64,000 nt of DNA from Nemertoderma westbladi (GCA_032718475.1 JAUCBJ010009149.1:62001-126000), one strand, 5' to 3'. Positions 47,864-62,250 are shown, counted from the first letter of the stretch. Notes: generated by a model from the letters alone, not told the origin. Program-made: numbers and translations.

Positions 47864-50800
47864 TTACGTTATGGAGTCCCTAGATATTTGTTGGATTAGG
47901 GAGGTGGTCGTGGGAAGAGTATCTTGCCTTCCATAGTTTCCGGACAGTTTTCGGTCTCTTTCCAGTAAACATAAACGACCAGCTGGGCGATTGAGTTGTT
48001 GTGTTACTTTCTCCGCTCCCTTGGCCTGTCTAATCTTAGCCGGGGTAAGATGAGGAGTCCATTCATCTTCTTTACTTAGGAAGTCGGGTCCACCTAACCA
48101 CGCTGGAGTATCTATCAGTTCTTGAGGAGTTGCTCCTCTGGAAGCGATGTCAGCTAGATTGATCGTCTCGGGACAATGTCTCCATTGATCTACATTGGAG
48201 TTGATATCGTCATTATCTGAGGAGTATGGTGTTCCCTCAGTTGGGTCGTCAACTTCACTGCTCTCCACTTCCCGTTCACTTAATTGATATACCTGTTCTT
48301 TCGGTAATCTTTCCATGAGAGTTCTACGGGAAGGGCCAGTAAAGTACCAACCCACTCTAGTTCTTCCCGCATAAGCTTGTAGTGGTTGCGGTTGAGCAGG
48401 CCGTTTCTCTAATGTCTCGAGCGCTTCATGCGCATTTTGACCGATGAGTATTTGGACTCCAGGGTAATCGGTGTTGAATCTAGGTATTTCAAGCTGCTGG
48501 GTGAAATCGTCCTCATCCCAGTTATAAGGTTCCACTTGGCTGGTAGCAAAGTTCTTTATCGCTACCATTTTTACTGACCTTATGCTGTGTTCTCCTAGTT
48601 CATCCTGGGGGGTGGACAACGCGCCTACATAATAATCCGCTATTACGGTAGATTTCCAAACCTGCATTATTCCTGACATGTTCAGCTTAGTTTGGAACTT
48701 GGGTTGTCCAGCAAAGATGTCTTCGGCTAGTTCTTTGTCTATGAATGTTCCTGTGCTACCGGAGTCAAGGAGGGCGTTCACTATATAACTCCTCTTAGGT
48801 CCGTGGACCCTTAACTGTACTACAGGAAATTCTCGGATTCCTACATTGGAAGTTGTCGCTTTCCAAGATGGTTGTCGATCAGAAGTAGTTAGGGTGAGGT
48901 CACTGTCGGTGTCTTTTTCATATGTGAGTGCTCGATACACTGCGGTATTTATCATGTAACAGGATTCATTTTCGTCGGAAAATTCATCCGTATAGAATCC
49001 TTCCATCTCAGAACTTTGGTCAGTGTCGTTCACATCACTGAATTGGACATGTAGTTCGGAATCACTTACCTGACTCTGGCTGTTTCGCTCGAATTCAGTG
49101 TGCAACAAGATATGATGTTTTGCGCCGCACTTTGCACACCTTGCGTCGGAGTAACAGGTTCGCCGTTGGTGTCCTCGTCTGAGACAATTATAACACAACC
49201 GCTTACCCCACATGACTTCCCGTCTCTCCGTTAATGATTTCTTTAGGAATTCATCACACATATTCAAACGGTGGGTCCCGTCACATAGCACACATTTCGG
49301 TTTGATGTTACTTACCTTATTTTGAATAACATTGTGCCCACTCGTTCTTTCTTCGGGCTTTCTTACCTGAATTCTCTTAGGAGACGTAGGAGGAGTTTTT
49401 CTTACGGGTTCTCTCCTGTCATTGGTTCGAGACTTGAATTTACTTACCTGTTCTTTAGGCGATGTGTTGTCATAGTAAGATCTTGCAGTGTCTTTCCCGC
49501 TGTCTTCCTCTTGAGAAGCCTGGCTTTCGCCATCGTCTGTATAACACACTGGTATTACCTTTCTCCTAGAAACGGGTTTCTCACTTACCTTATTTTCCGG
49601 TGTCTTCTCTCTGGACTGTTTTAGGAGCTGTAATTTTACCTCTCCATCTAAGAATGACATGAGATCAGCCATGGTAGGATCTCTTCGTTGTTGTTCCATC
49701 ATATATAACACTGTCTTGTCCCAGCGTGTACCTACTCCGCCCTTGGGTAAATTAGATGTTAAGGCTCCTACAACCATAGAATTATGGTATTCATGAGACT
49801 TACCTAACCAATCTAGTTGTCTACAGATCTCCTGAATCTCGTCGGAAAACTCTATAATCCCGCTGCTAAGAAACTTTCGGGGCGCCATTAATTTCGCATA
49901 TAAATACCTAGCTATGTTAGTCCTATTACCATACCTGATGTTTAGTGTATCCCAAACTTGTCTTAATCCGTCTGGATGTCCAATAAACTTTAACGCCATT
50001 AACTTGGGAGATCCTTCCAAGCACTCGATGAGGAATCTAAGTTTCTCTCCATTAGAAAGCACAGAGTTCTGTATGTTATCTTTATAATATTCATTAAAAG
50101 GTAACCATTTCATCTCATCTCCATTGAACTTGACAATCTCTCCCACCTTTACTGCTTGACGGGCTTCGGTTCTAGCCATTTGACGCGTGAAACTTTCTTG
50201 GGCCATCGTGTTATTTAATATCGAGTTATCGGTATATAAATTTCTCGGATTATTATCAAGTCTATATGGGATATCATTGTCAACAGGTTTATAATTACCC
50301 TTAATAGGGTTTACTATAGGAGTTTCCACTTCGCTAGCAGTATAGATGCGTGTAGGCTCCACACCTTGCGCATGAGATACTTCAGACCTAACGGGCTGAC
50401 ACATTGTTACAGAGGGTGGTGGTATACCCTTTTGTAAATTTACTAATTTATCGCGTTCTAACGCGATACTTTGCTGCACTTCTTGCAACTCTAACCTACT
50501 TTCCTTTACGGTTCCCTTTAACTGTTGAACAGTCCCTTCTAACTCTCGGACCTGTTGGGAGGAGCGCACTCGATTCTCCTCCATCTTTCCGAGGAGAATG
50601 TCCATCCCCCGCCGTCTCTCGTCTACCCAATCAACCGCCGAAGCGGGATCCGCCAACTTCGTAGCGGGCAGACGAGGGACTACGGGCGATATATCCTTTA
50701 TATTTCGCTCGGAGTCCAGGACCGACACTGTTTCAGGGGCTGTTCCTCTAGGCACAGATAATTTGGTGCTGTGTAAAGGGAATTTAAAGGTAGGTTCAGG

Positions 50801-51679
50801 GAGCACAGGTGTCTCTATCACCGAAGGAGTGATTTCAAGAACAGGCCTAATTATTTCAGGCTCATCTACTATAGTAGGGAGTCTTTCTATTTTAATTATT
50901 TAGTCTGTGGGTTCTGTACTACCTAAGCCTGCGCTAGTTAGTTGTCTTTTAACAGCTGGGGGCAAATCAGGCCATTTCTGACGGTGAGATGTTCTTCTAC
51001 GTCTGCTTAGACGAGATCTATTTCCTCCGCCTTCAGCATCGGTGGTATCGCCTTCCTCAGATGATGTATAACCTTGTCTTTTGGGAGTAGATCGATTCAT
51101 CATCTGCATATTACTAGCTGTTAACTGTTTACTGAAGTTGTCTTGCTTCTCTTGAAGATTTTCCAACTCTAGTTGGGTTGTCTCTTCAGATGCCCTCCGT
51201 TCTGCTTCTGCCACTGCTCTTTTTCTTTCCGCTTCGGCCGCTGCAGCTGCCGCTTTTGCCTCTGCCGCTGCCGCTTTTCTTTCCGCTTCTACTGCTGCAG
51301 CTGCCGCTTTTGCCTCTGCCGCTGCCGCTTTTCTATCCGCTTCTGCCGCTGCCACTGCCGCTGCTGCTGTCTTTCTATCTTCTATACGTTTTTTCTTTAC
51401 TTGTTCTTCTTGGACTCTAGTGATGCGGAGGAGTTCATCAAATTTAGCTTGGTTCGCAGCTAACATTTCCGCATCGATTGCGTCCAGCACAAGCTTGGTT
51501 CCTTCACTATTAGGGCTAAGCCCCTCCAGCCTTCTCCTCAACTCTTCATCTCCTACAAAGCGTTGATAGTCTGACAGATAGATGTCAATAGCATCCCTCT
51601 TATGCGGTTTCTCTGCTGTCGCTTCGCTCTCGGTTGTATCTAGTAGACTGTCTGACAGGTTCTGCTTTGCGTCGGACAT
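47864..51679 (-). pseudogene. gag: gag-protease of copy B with one stop (50900) and in-frame deletions removing RT, most of RNase H and integrase
   Basis: Gag knuckles and aspartyl protease ALLDSGS, then jumps to DQWRHCP..ADIASRG and to QLNRP..RLCLLE. Confidence 0.9.
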
Positions 51680-53450
51680 GTTTGTTTATACAGTTGAATG
51701 CCTACGGCTATAAATACAGTTAAAGCAAGTCTAGCAATTCAGTATCACTGCAAGCCTAGCAATTAATTACCAATACTGCTACTCAGTGTAGCATGATATA
51801 TATAATATATTAGAATACCGGTATGCTTATAGTATATATATAAGTATTATTACAGACTAGGTTTGTCACAGAATACCGGTATATAATTTTAGCACAAATA
51901 TATATAAATATATAATAGGCCTATCGTGAATACCGGTATACAGCTTACACTTATAGTATATATAAGTATAATTTTGAACTAGGATTACTTACAGAATACC
52001 GGTATAATTGCAGCCTAAATTTATAGAAATAAATATAATAAGCCTATTGTAAATACCGGTATATAAATTATTTTAGAATAATTGAATTTCTGAATTTTAG
52101 GGGTTACTTGGTTACTTTAACTTACTTTATTACCGTTATTTGAGAAGTAGTCCAACTGATATTGAGACCTAATTGTTGTATGGCAGGCCTACTATTTTAT
52201 AAATCGGTTTGAGTTGATTTATAATATATATACCCGTTTTAATGGGTTTTGTCAATATTTGAAATAAATGTTATTATTTCTGGGAAGGAGTCACTACACC
52301 GAAGCTGTACGCTCTCAGTGAAGTGCTACTTGTTGGACACTAAAACAAATAATTCTACTTGCCTAAGTTACTTATCTACGAATTACGTACAATACGGGTG
52401 ATATTACAATCTCTAAATAAACACAAAAAATTACAAATACACAAATACGAATTTTTAGGGTAATTTTACAAGAAGTCTACAAACCAGCCTAACAAAGGGT
52501 TAGGTTATCTGGTTATTACAACGGACAGGGTACTACGGTATTTGAAAATAATAAGTAGTAGTAAATATATTGCGCTGTCCAGATAGGAAAAATACCACCG
52601 TCTGACGACCTATAGCCGTATCGCTATAGGTACTACGTTATGTATCACGGAGTGTTCCTACCTGGAAGTTAATTACCGCGGTCTACCAGAACCAATGTGC
52701 CTATTAACCACTTTACAACACAAATATACTGCCTACACACTAATTACCTTCGGAAAGCACTGTACACTAAACCCTAAATTAGGTACAAGTACTTGTACAA
52801 CAAATAATCAGTAGTTAAAAATACTTGAACAGCTAAAAGAACCACGGCATCTGCTGGAGTGACCGGTGCACAAAATCACCATTCTTTACCTACGCCAAGC
52901 AGCCCGTGTAGTACCGGGGTTAATTTAACTATAACGGTATATATAACAAGCACAATTACTGTAGGAATAAACTTGGGGATATGAATGTTGCGAATAATCG
53001 CATAAACTCTGAATAATAAATATTACGCTACGCGTACAGACTACTCAAACAAAATGCAGACCAAATACTGACAGACTACTATCAAGCCTAAACAAACTAC
53101 GGTATGTGCAGACTCCAAAATGGTTAGTTAGTATGCGTTCTAACCTAGTAGTACAGTGTATAAATAAATTAGACCAAGACCACCATCTGTAAAATGCTCG
53201 CGTGAGTTCAGGAGTTGCACAGATGTCAGGATGTGCTGATTCTATATCATGCACTAGGCCTAACGGATTCTGGTAGCCTGGAACTAGACCACCTGACCAC
53301 TACAAAAACGTATGTGACAGAGCGAGGTGCCGTTAGCCTAACATTTCTCGGAGGCTGGTCCGATAACACTCAACGCATTGTTTGGTTGGACATTGACATT
53401 ACCGGTATTGCATTACAGTGTACATTACTGCATTATTACATACGGATTAG

Positions 53451-54191
53451 GGTATTAGTACGTTTGAACGACACTAGCCAAACAAGCCTAAAATCAGATA
53501 AATAATGATACCGGTACCGGTATAGCAGTATTGTGCACCACCTTGCGGATTGCATGGACATTATTTATTAAGTTCTTTGAAGGGAATGTATTATTTTAAT
53601 GTAATTTATATTACTACTACTATTATCGGACTATTATTACTACTATTACTATTATTTACTAGCTTAATTACCGTTTGTAGGGCTAATATTTTAGCTTAAT
53701 CTATTAGTTTAATTACGGTTTACTGTGCGCGTACGTAATCTTAATTACATTCTACCGTAAAACATTACCATAATATTATAATTAATATTTACTCCGACTG
53801 GGGGTGTATCTTATTGTAAAAAAATATTACAAGCTGACAAGCTAATAATGCTGTTGCGATACGGTTGTTTATTTCATATGTTGGCCCTGAAAAGGGCCGT
53901 TTGGGTTGGTTATGGTATACATTCAGCAAGGGCAGTAATGTTTGAAAAATGTTCGTAATGTAGAAGAAGAAGTAATGTTCGGGGGAGAAGCTCCACGCTT
54001 TGTGCAAACTCAATAGCGCGGTCCTCAGTCTCGATAAGTTTCCCAGTACACGAGTACAGTACACTAACAGTAGGCCCAGTAAGTAACAGTAGGCCTAACA
54101 ATACTGATATACCGGTACCGGTACCAATTTTTATCAGTTTCTATCTGATTTCAGGATTGTTTGGCTAGTGTCGTTCAAACGTACTAATACC
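53451..54191. mobile_element. MULE-like non-autonomous DNA transposon (MITE), 741 bp
   Basis: TIRs ggtattagtacgtttgaacgacactagccaaac...; 9-bp TSD ACGGATTAG (53442-53450, 54192-54200). Confidence 0.9.
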
Positions 54192-54339
54192 ACGGATTAG
54201 TATGGATTGAGAAATTGGATATATTTGACGTCAATGGAGGTTTGGTTTGAGAAATTAATACAGTAATATCATGTAGGCCTACCTAATCATATCTTTGCGT
54301 TAATTATTACTAGATCCACTGGCCCCCAGCCTCTTCAAC

Positions 54340-54650
54340 AAACCATCATTGCCGAGGGGCACTCAGCTAAGGGGGCGGAGCGCATTAAAAACTCTAAGTA
54401 TCGCGACCTAATGGACCGGGGCCATTTATTTCACCCCGTGGCCTTTGAGACCTTTGGCCGCCCTGGTCCAGAGACATCCACCTTCCTCCGGGAGATCGGG
54501 GCTCGTCTCCACAGTGCAGCAGTGCCACCCACGAACCGCGGTCACACCAGTTTCTGCTCCAACGCCTGGAGATGGCAATTTTGGTTGGTAATGCAGCCTC
54601 AGTCATGGGGACAGCAACCACGCCGACCATCGGTCTATTCGGGGACTGAA
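54340..54650 (+). pseudogene. 3' remnant of an RLE-type non-LTR retrotransposon (CRE/HERO/NeSL-like)
   Basis: K..KYRDL...FHPVAFETFG..G....FLREIG, then frameshifted FLLQRLEMAILVGNAASVMGT. Confidence 0.75.
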
Positions 54651-55892
54651 GAGCCGAAACCAATCGAAACTGTCGAAATGGTTGCCAATGCAGTCACCAA
54701 CGGGATGACGGCCGAAGATATTCAATACTCTATCTTATGCAATCTCAAATATTCAATGTTCGATCCCTAGATGGAGCTATCTTATGCAATCTCAAATATT
54801 CAATGTTCGATCCCTAGATGGAGCAGTACTGTTTGGGCACAGTGCTTTAAATGCTGCAGCCTAGCCCAACCCCGGCTTTTATCCTTCAGTGGTCGATTGG
54901 GAACCAAGGCAACTTGGGAAACAGAGTGGAAGGGTTTACTGTGAAAGATCACCCATGGTGGTGAACAGGCATTCCTTGGCTTAACGAGCCTAAAAGATTC
55001 TCCCATTCAAATATTCAATTCGGTACTGTACCTTCAATTAAATATTCAATCTTAGTATTATTTCTGTGCTTCGTTATTTAATAATGTGATTAGATAAAAA
55101 AAATAAATTAATGAAATATAATTCATCTGTTAAATATTACAAAAAAAAAATCCTACATTATATTAACATTTATATAGTTTTGAATTAAATGTTTCGAAAT
55201 CAACAGTCATTCAATGAACTTATACAGCAGTGTCATATATCGCGTATCCCATGGCTGCTTGGTTTAATCACTATTCTTTATTCAAGTATAACTGAATCCT
55301 GGCCCGGCGCCTTTACCCTCCACTGATAATTTAAATCGTAACTTATTCAATCTTTGACTAAATTATACCAAACTTGTTAAACATGTAATCTTGGCTATCG
55401 GCTAAAATAAACACAACTTGCTAAAGTTTCCCCTATAATGTTTTTTCCCATAGAACAGGATGCAGTTTTATTTTAGTAGTAAACAAGCTGTTATTTGCGT
55501 CGATTTTCACCTGGAGAGGGAAGAATATTGATTGCCCCCCCCCCCCCCCTGCAGTTAAGTAAGTGAAAATATTTCGGCATCATTTAATTTTATTATCACG
55601 GTCGCACATCAAGTAGTCTGCCAAAAGATACAATTCATTATAAACATAACAAAATTAATTATAATAATTCTAAAAATATAAGGCAGATCTTCCTAAAGTT
55701 AGCTCTTTAGTCTTTAGCAATCTTATACATTGACAAGACTTATAAAATAATTGATGTTGAATAATTTATTATTAAGATTAAAATATATTATTAGGATTTC
55801 GAAGAAAGCAAATTGTATTGAGTTAGTATTGGCAAGTTAATCTCACAAAACCACATGAGAGTAAAAACCCAAGCGATCATTTTGTGAACATC

Positions 55893-58800
55893 TGTCAACG
55901 GCGGTTTGCCGATGTTGGTCCACAGGCAAATTGGCGCTGTGTTTTTATTATCATTAATGTAAAAAACCAAGATAATTTGTTTATAGATAGATTGCCCTAC
56001 CACATGAGATGAAATGTCTACATTTTATACTGTATTTTCCTCCAGTTATAACTTTGAGTATAGTTATACTGTATATGTATACTTTCTTTGTACAGTCTGA
56101 CCGTGTCAGTCTGCATTCATTAACTTTATACATACTTTGTTCAGTCTGACCGTGTCAGTCTGCATTTATTAACTTTATACATACTTTGTACAGTCTGACC
56201 GTGTCAGTCTGCATTCATTAACTTTATACATACTTTGTACAGTCTGACTGTGTCAGTCTGCATTCATTAACTTTATACATACTTCTGACCGTTCTGACCG
56301 TGTCAGTCTGCAGTCATCACTTTCAATTGCCCGTCTGACCGTGTCAGTCAACCTTTACTTGTGATAGCGGTACCGTGTACCGTCTGTACCGTGTACAGCT
56401 CAAGGATGGATTATTGGGGCATTTGAAATTCTGAAATGTCAAAGTCGATTTTAACAATGTGATTTCTCAGACCGGTCTGATACCGATCTGATTGTGGTAG
56501 TAATTTCATTGCTGCAGCCCAAGAACTTCGTAACCTCATTGAGGACTGGAATGAGTCTACCTTCCATCAGGTGCTAGCTGGGTTCCAGATATCCTCTCAA
56601 CCATGGAAATTCAACCCACCTCATGCACCCTGGTATGGTGGGGCATACGAAAGACTCATCCACTCAATTAAAGCAGCTCTGATGACAATCCTACCTTCTC
56701 CGCGAGACTTTTCTGATGAAATGTTCAGAACACTACTAATGGAGATTGCGGACTCCATAAACCATCGACCATTGGTTCGTATTTCCAATGATCCAGATGC
56801 TGGGGAAGCTCTTACCCCAGCCCACTTCCTTAATCCCCGTCCTTCATCTCTTCAAGTTTATGAGCATCATGATGATAGTGATCATTCTGCTTGCTATTTG
56901 AAATCCTATTACAAGGCAGTTGCCTTACATGTTGATACTTTCTGGGGAGTTTGGAAGACTCACTACCTTCCAACTCTTCAAATGCGAAACAAGTGGTTTG
57001 CCCAAGCTACTAATATTTCCATTGATGACCTCGTTATCGTTGATGAACCAAATGTCCCACGCCACAAGTGGCTTCTGGCCCGTGTGCTTGAACTCCACCC
57101 TAGTGAAGATGGACTTGTCCGTTCTGTTACCCTTAAACTTTCGAATGGCTCGATATTGAAGCGCCCTATCCGACGCTTAGTATTACTTGAGTTGGCCAGA
57201 GGCCACCATGGTAATTATGGGGAATTCCCCAAAAGTACTGAAACAGAAGGCTTAGGTCATCCTTCTAACTCAGCCCTTCATTCGTAAATGTACATATAAA
57301 TTACTTAGGCCCTATTAAGTAGTTGGTTAAGTAATATGTGCAGGTACTATTTCTATTGTCTGTATTGTAGCTACTGTAATATCACTAAAATAGAAAATAG
57401 AGAAAATTTTACTCAATGAAAATTTTGGGAGCGGGAATACTACCCAAGATTACTTTCATGGCTTGCAATTGCATCTTTTTTTTATAAATTTCTTACCCTA
57501 AATTTCTTTTTTTTTTGGGTCATTATAATTGGAGTTATTGTTCATTAAAAATTTAAATTATAGTTGCATTTGAAAAGATGCTCCTATGATTTAAAACTTC
57601 CTTAGATACATTACTTCTGTAACCTTAAGTTACAGATATATTTGCTTAACCTTAAGTTGTGCAAATATTTAAAATTATTAAACGGCTGGACTAGTCCAGT
57701 AACAAGCTTTAGTTAAACAGCTCTTGAGGTTGCTCGCTTAAATCACTGGTGCGATTTAGTTGGCTTTCTTGCCTGGAATGCTCCAGGAACGTTATGTGGT
57801 TCTACCGGAAGTCGACTCCTCATCCTCCTCGACTTCTTCTGGCTTCTTTAGACTTAACGCGGTTTCGGATACGAGACTACCTGCTCTAGGAGCTATCCTC
57901 TCTCAAGAATCCTACCGTATCTATATTTGGATTTGGATGCGCATGTGGATTTCTAAATGCTTATGTCCACCTTGAACCACCGTGTGCGCCAGCCCAATAC
58001 ACCACCTTGACTTGAGTCATAGCCATAGTCATCGGGTCGTTTGATCGCTTCCTAAAGTGCTTTATGATGAATGGTCGCGATTTATATACGTTTTCGTTGT
58101 TACTTTCACTGCTCGCTTTCAGTGGTGTAAAGAGGATTCATTGGGGGAGTTTGGGCCATTTACCAGATATATAGGCCTATATAATAAACGCGAATAATGG
58201 AATACGCGATTTTCCAAAAGGTTTATTCTTAAACAGAAGACAAAAGAAATTTCATGTTCGATGTTGGGTCTGGTAATCGTACCATCAGGGTTGCACCACT
58301 ACTACATTTGCCGCACCTTCAGAAACGTGCTATCTTACATTAAATTCCCAATATTTGTAATATATCTAATTTATATATATATGCAATCTATGATATGCAA
58401 TTATATTCGTGCAATTTAATTATAATACGTAATATAATAGGGTCGGCCAACCTAGTGGTTTTCTCCAAGTCTCCAATTTTTCTATATTTTTTTTATATGT
58501 GTATATTTGTGCTGTTAATCTGTTCTTTATTGTTATTGACGAAGCCTAAATATTTAGTTTAGTATTATTAGAAAGTATATTAGATGTTTAACATCAGTAG
58601 TATGTATGTTTGATATCATTCATTATTTGGATATATTTTTTTGTTTGTTTGTTTCGTGTTCCCTTTGTTTCGATCTTTGATTATTATTTTTGCCGATGAT
58701 TTTTTATGTAGCAATTTGCTGTGGTCCATCAATTGTATATAGCCTATCAGTACTAGGCTATAGGGAGCGGTGTCAACGGCGGTTTGCCGATGTTGGTCCA

Positions 58801-59722
58801 CAGGCAAATTGGCGCTGTGTTTTTATTATCATTGATGTAAAAAACCAAGATAATTTGTTTATAGATAGATTGCCCTACCACATGAGATGAAATGTCTACA
58901 TTTTATACTGTATTTTCCTCCAGTTATAACTTTGAGTATAGTTATACTGTATATGTATACTTTCTTTGTACAGTCTGACCGTGTCAGTCTGCATTCATTA
59001 ACTTTATACATACTTTGTTCAGTCTGACCGTGTCAGTCTGCATTCATTAACTTTATACATACTTCTGACCGTTCTGACCGTGTCAGTCTGCAGTCATCAC
59101 TTTCAATTGCCCGTCTGACCGTGTCAGTCAACCTTTACTTGTGATAGCGGTACCGTGTACCGTCTGTACCGTGTACAGCTCAAGGATGGATTATTGGGGC
59201 ATTTGAAATTCTGAAACACAGCGTTTGTAGGGTCCAAACCCCTACAAGCTGTTATCTCGCCCTACTTTCGGATATATTTCAATATTCCAAAGATTTCTAA
59301 TGCTGTAATGTTGACCTACAGTTTGGTTGTTGATGTTGGTGCTTATTGCTATAGACCTATTGCTGTATTGCCGATTGCCGATATTATTGAACCACAATAA
59401 TTATTACTGGAGACAGCTCCTAGGTTGGGGGCCGATTATTATCAATCCGGTGAGTTTTTGGAGTTATTTATAAACCTCTTGGGTATAACCTAATTAAAGC
59501 TTGATATCATAATAACCTCCCACGTTAGATAGGCCTAGGCAGCAAGTTCATTGACCTCAATTATAGACACCATTTATCCGTTTGTGAGCGAGATAGTTTT
59601 CTCGAATTCAAGTTACAACGCCCATCGGCCATGACAGCATGACCCCCTTTATTGCGTAATCGCAGCCATGCAAAGTCGTTCCATCCTTCTGAGAAATCAC
59701 ATTGTTAAAATCGACTTTGACA
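55893..59722 (+). mobile_element. Second BEL/Pao family, internally deleted; truncated 5' LTR 55893-56436, 3' LTR 58771-59722
   Basis: Termini TGTCAA...TTGACA; 5-bp TSD ACATC (55888-55892, 59723-59727); PPT GGGAGCGG (58763-58770); LTR contains about 45-bp tandem repeats with differing copy number. Confidence 0.9.
56475..57287 (+). pseudogene. pol: BEL/Pao integrase C-terminal fragment
   Basis: RSDCGSNF, FNPPHAPWYGGAYERLI, LTPAHFL, YLPTLQMRNKW, DGLVRSV. Confidence 0.92.
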
Positions 59723-61539
59723 ACATCCAATGATATTGCCTGTTTTATAAATGCTTTAAGTTGTTATGGGATGTTCTGTTTGATTGGTTGTTATGTGATT
59801 TACTTGCTAATGTTGGCCAGTATTAAATACACTAAATCAACAAGCACTTATCAATGTGTACAGATATACACAGATACAGTAGGAGTCAATATGTTTCACA
59901 GGAGGCATGATGGAGGGGGGGGGGGGGGGGGGGGGCTGGGGGGGGGGATTTTCGAAAACCTATCTTGATGAATTAAAAGCACATCCCGGCGAATTAGCAA
60001 TGATAATCATTAAGTGGGGAAAGGAGCAGGTTGCTGTGGCAGGATAATGGATAGAATAATGTATTACGTATAACTGTATATCATAACATATGTATAACTG
60101 TATTACGTATTATTTAGCTACATTAAATGTACAGTTACTGCTGTATTGTACGATATGACAGTATTTTACAAAGATTAAAGCTGTAAAGAGGCCTGACCTC
60201 TATCCTAGAACCTAGAGCAAGAGTCCATAAATTGTATTATATTCTTAAGTACATTCCTGCATTCTTTCATTATTACGTCAGTCACTGCAAACATCACTCA
60301 TAGCGTCATAGGTAAGTTTTTTAGAGTCTGAGAGTACATGTAGAGCTACCGGCATACTGCTAATATTTAAATGTAAACTACTAAGTTACATTGATCGCTT
60401 GTTGATTTAGTGCATTTAATACTGGCCAAGATTAGCAAGTAAATCACACAACAACCAATCAAACAGAACATCCCATAACAACTTAAAGCATTTATAAAAC
60501 AGGCAATATCATTGGATGTTCACAAAATGATCGCTTGGGTTTTTACTCTCATGTCACAAAACCAGTCTAGTCTAACTATAGAGTACCCTTGTTCCAGGTT
60601 TAGGCCTATAGATTCCACCGTCTTCGTTCCAGGTTTAATTCTGTAATAGACTCCGTTATCCGTCTCGATCGCTTCGCTATGCACCATCTTACTGGGTTTA
60701 ATTAACTCAGAAACTGCATCGCCTTCCTGTCGTTCTCTGTTTTGTAGATTACTTCGCCATCATCTGATCGCTTTGGTTGCGTGTTTAATACTGTAATAGA
60801 CTCCGCCGCCATCGTATCGTTCTGGATACATTGAATAGACTCCATCAGTCAGTCCATTGTCCATCGCAATCGTTTCATTGTTACGTTTAATTGACTCCGT
60901 CGCCTCCTCGGATTAGGAATCCGGCCGGGTTTCGTAGATGCCGCCATCATTCAGCAGTTCAGTGTTTTTAATCAAAGCCAGAATTCCGGCACTGGCACCA
61001 CGATCAACGATTTCGGAAGCAACAGACTCCGTCAACAACACTCGGGGTTTAAAAAATACAACTATCGGGCAACTTGTAACTGGGCGATCATCTATCTGAT
61101 AGTTGAAAAAGACTGTCTGACAGTTGGTATCAGACTATCTGATAGTTAGCGCCCCATGGGTAAATCCTTACCCCATGGGCTGTTACCTCTCTGACTGACA
61201 GCGCAACAGCCCCTATAGTCAATATGCGGGAAACACTCAAATATTACTGTAATATTTTACTGTAATTTTAAAGTAATCGCCATATTTTATATTTTACTGT
61301 AAACAAGTTTTTGAATAATACTGCACATAATATTTATATAAACATATATACCGTATACTTTTTATAAAAACTAAAATTTTTACTTTTTCTAACTACTTTT
61401 ACTAAAATTTAATGAGCTATCCAACAGAGCAAGCAAACGGCATTTACATGGCAATGTTAGTTTACGTGCTGTGGTCCATTTCTGGCACCTATCTCCAGTA
61501 TTTTACTACTAAAATTTTCGAAAGTTTTTATCGCTCCCT

Positions 61540-62250
61540 AAAATTACTTTATTTGAGGTATATTGCGGTTTTTTGGATGCTGATTAAATATAACAGTCGT
61601 GACAATTTTCGGTAATTTTGAATGTGCCCCCTGTGGCACGAAAAAAAACAAGTAGTGCAAATATGATAATGAAAAACACCACAAAATCAAATTGATTTTA
61701 TGACCATGTGGGTTTTATAGAATGCTGATCACGAATATGACACTGAAATATACCGTACCTTGTTGATTATGGCATTTTTTGGATATGTGTCGAATGCGCG
61801 GCACGAAAAATAAAAGTACAGTAGCTCAAATGATAATCAAAAATCATTAACAAATCAGCCTGATTTTAAGACATTAAGGGTATTCGGGGACGCTAATCAG
61901 GAATATGACACTCGAAAATATCGTATTATCCAACCAAATTCGATTTGTGCCGTTTAAAATTTAATGCTACCACTTGTATTTTTCGTCCCACCAGACAAGC
62001 ACCAAAAACGATAGTGGCGTTGCGTTACCACGAATAATTTTTAACGAGTTGTATCGTGATCAGCGACCTTGAAAACCAGTACAGTTTCAGAATTAACAAA
62101 CCAAAGGCAAAATTTAACAGTATGTAATTTTTGCGACACTTACTTCTTAATTGTTCTGGGGCACCAGCGTGGCACCAAAATTGGGTTTGCATTACAATAA
62201 ATATTTATAACTAGTTTCATCGTGATCAGCACATCGAAAACCGTTATACA
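61540..62250. repeat. Probable non-autonomous DNA transposon remnant with subterminal repeats
   Basis: gctgatcacgaatatgacact-like motif three times forward (about 61579, 61724, 61892) and twice inverted (about 62054, 62219); ends not resolved. Confidence 0.45.

Larger units (their letters stand above)
43645..53154 (-). mobile_element. BEL/Pao copy B: 3' LTR 43645-44886, decayed extra gene, deleted gag-pol, 5' LTR lost
   Basis: Reverse-complement LTR with PPT at 44887-44894; internal regions colinear with copy A; homology stops at about 53154. Confidence 0.93.
55853..60554. mobile_element. MULE-like MITE interrupted in its left TIR by a BEL/Pao element
   Basis: 9-bp TSD CACAAAACC (55844-55852, 60555-60563); left TIR (55853-55892 plus 59728 onward) is the inverse of about 60420-60554. 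Confidence 0.88.
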
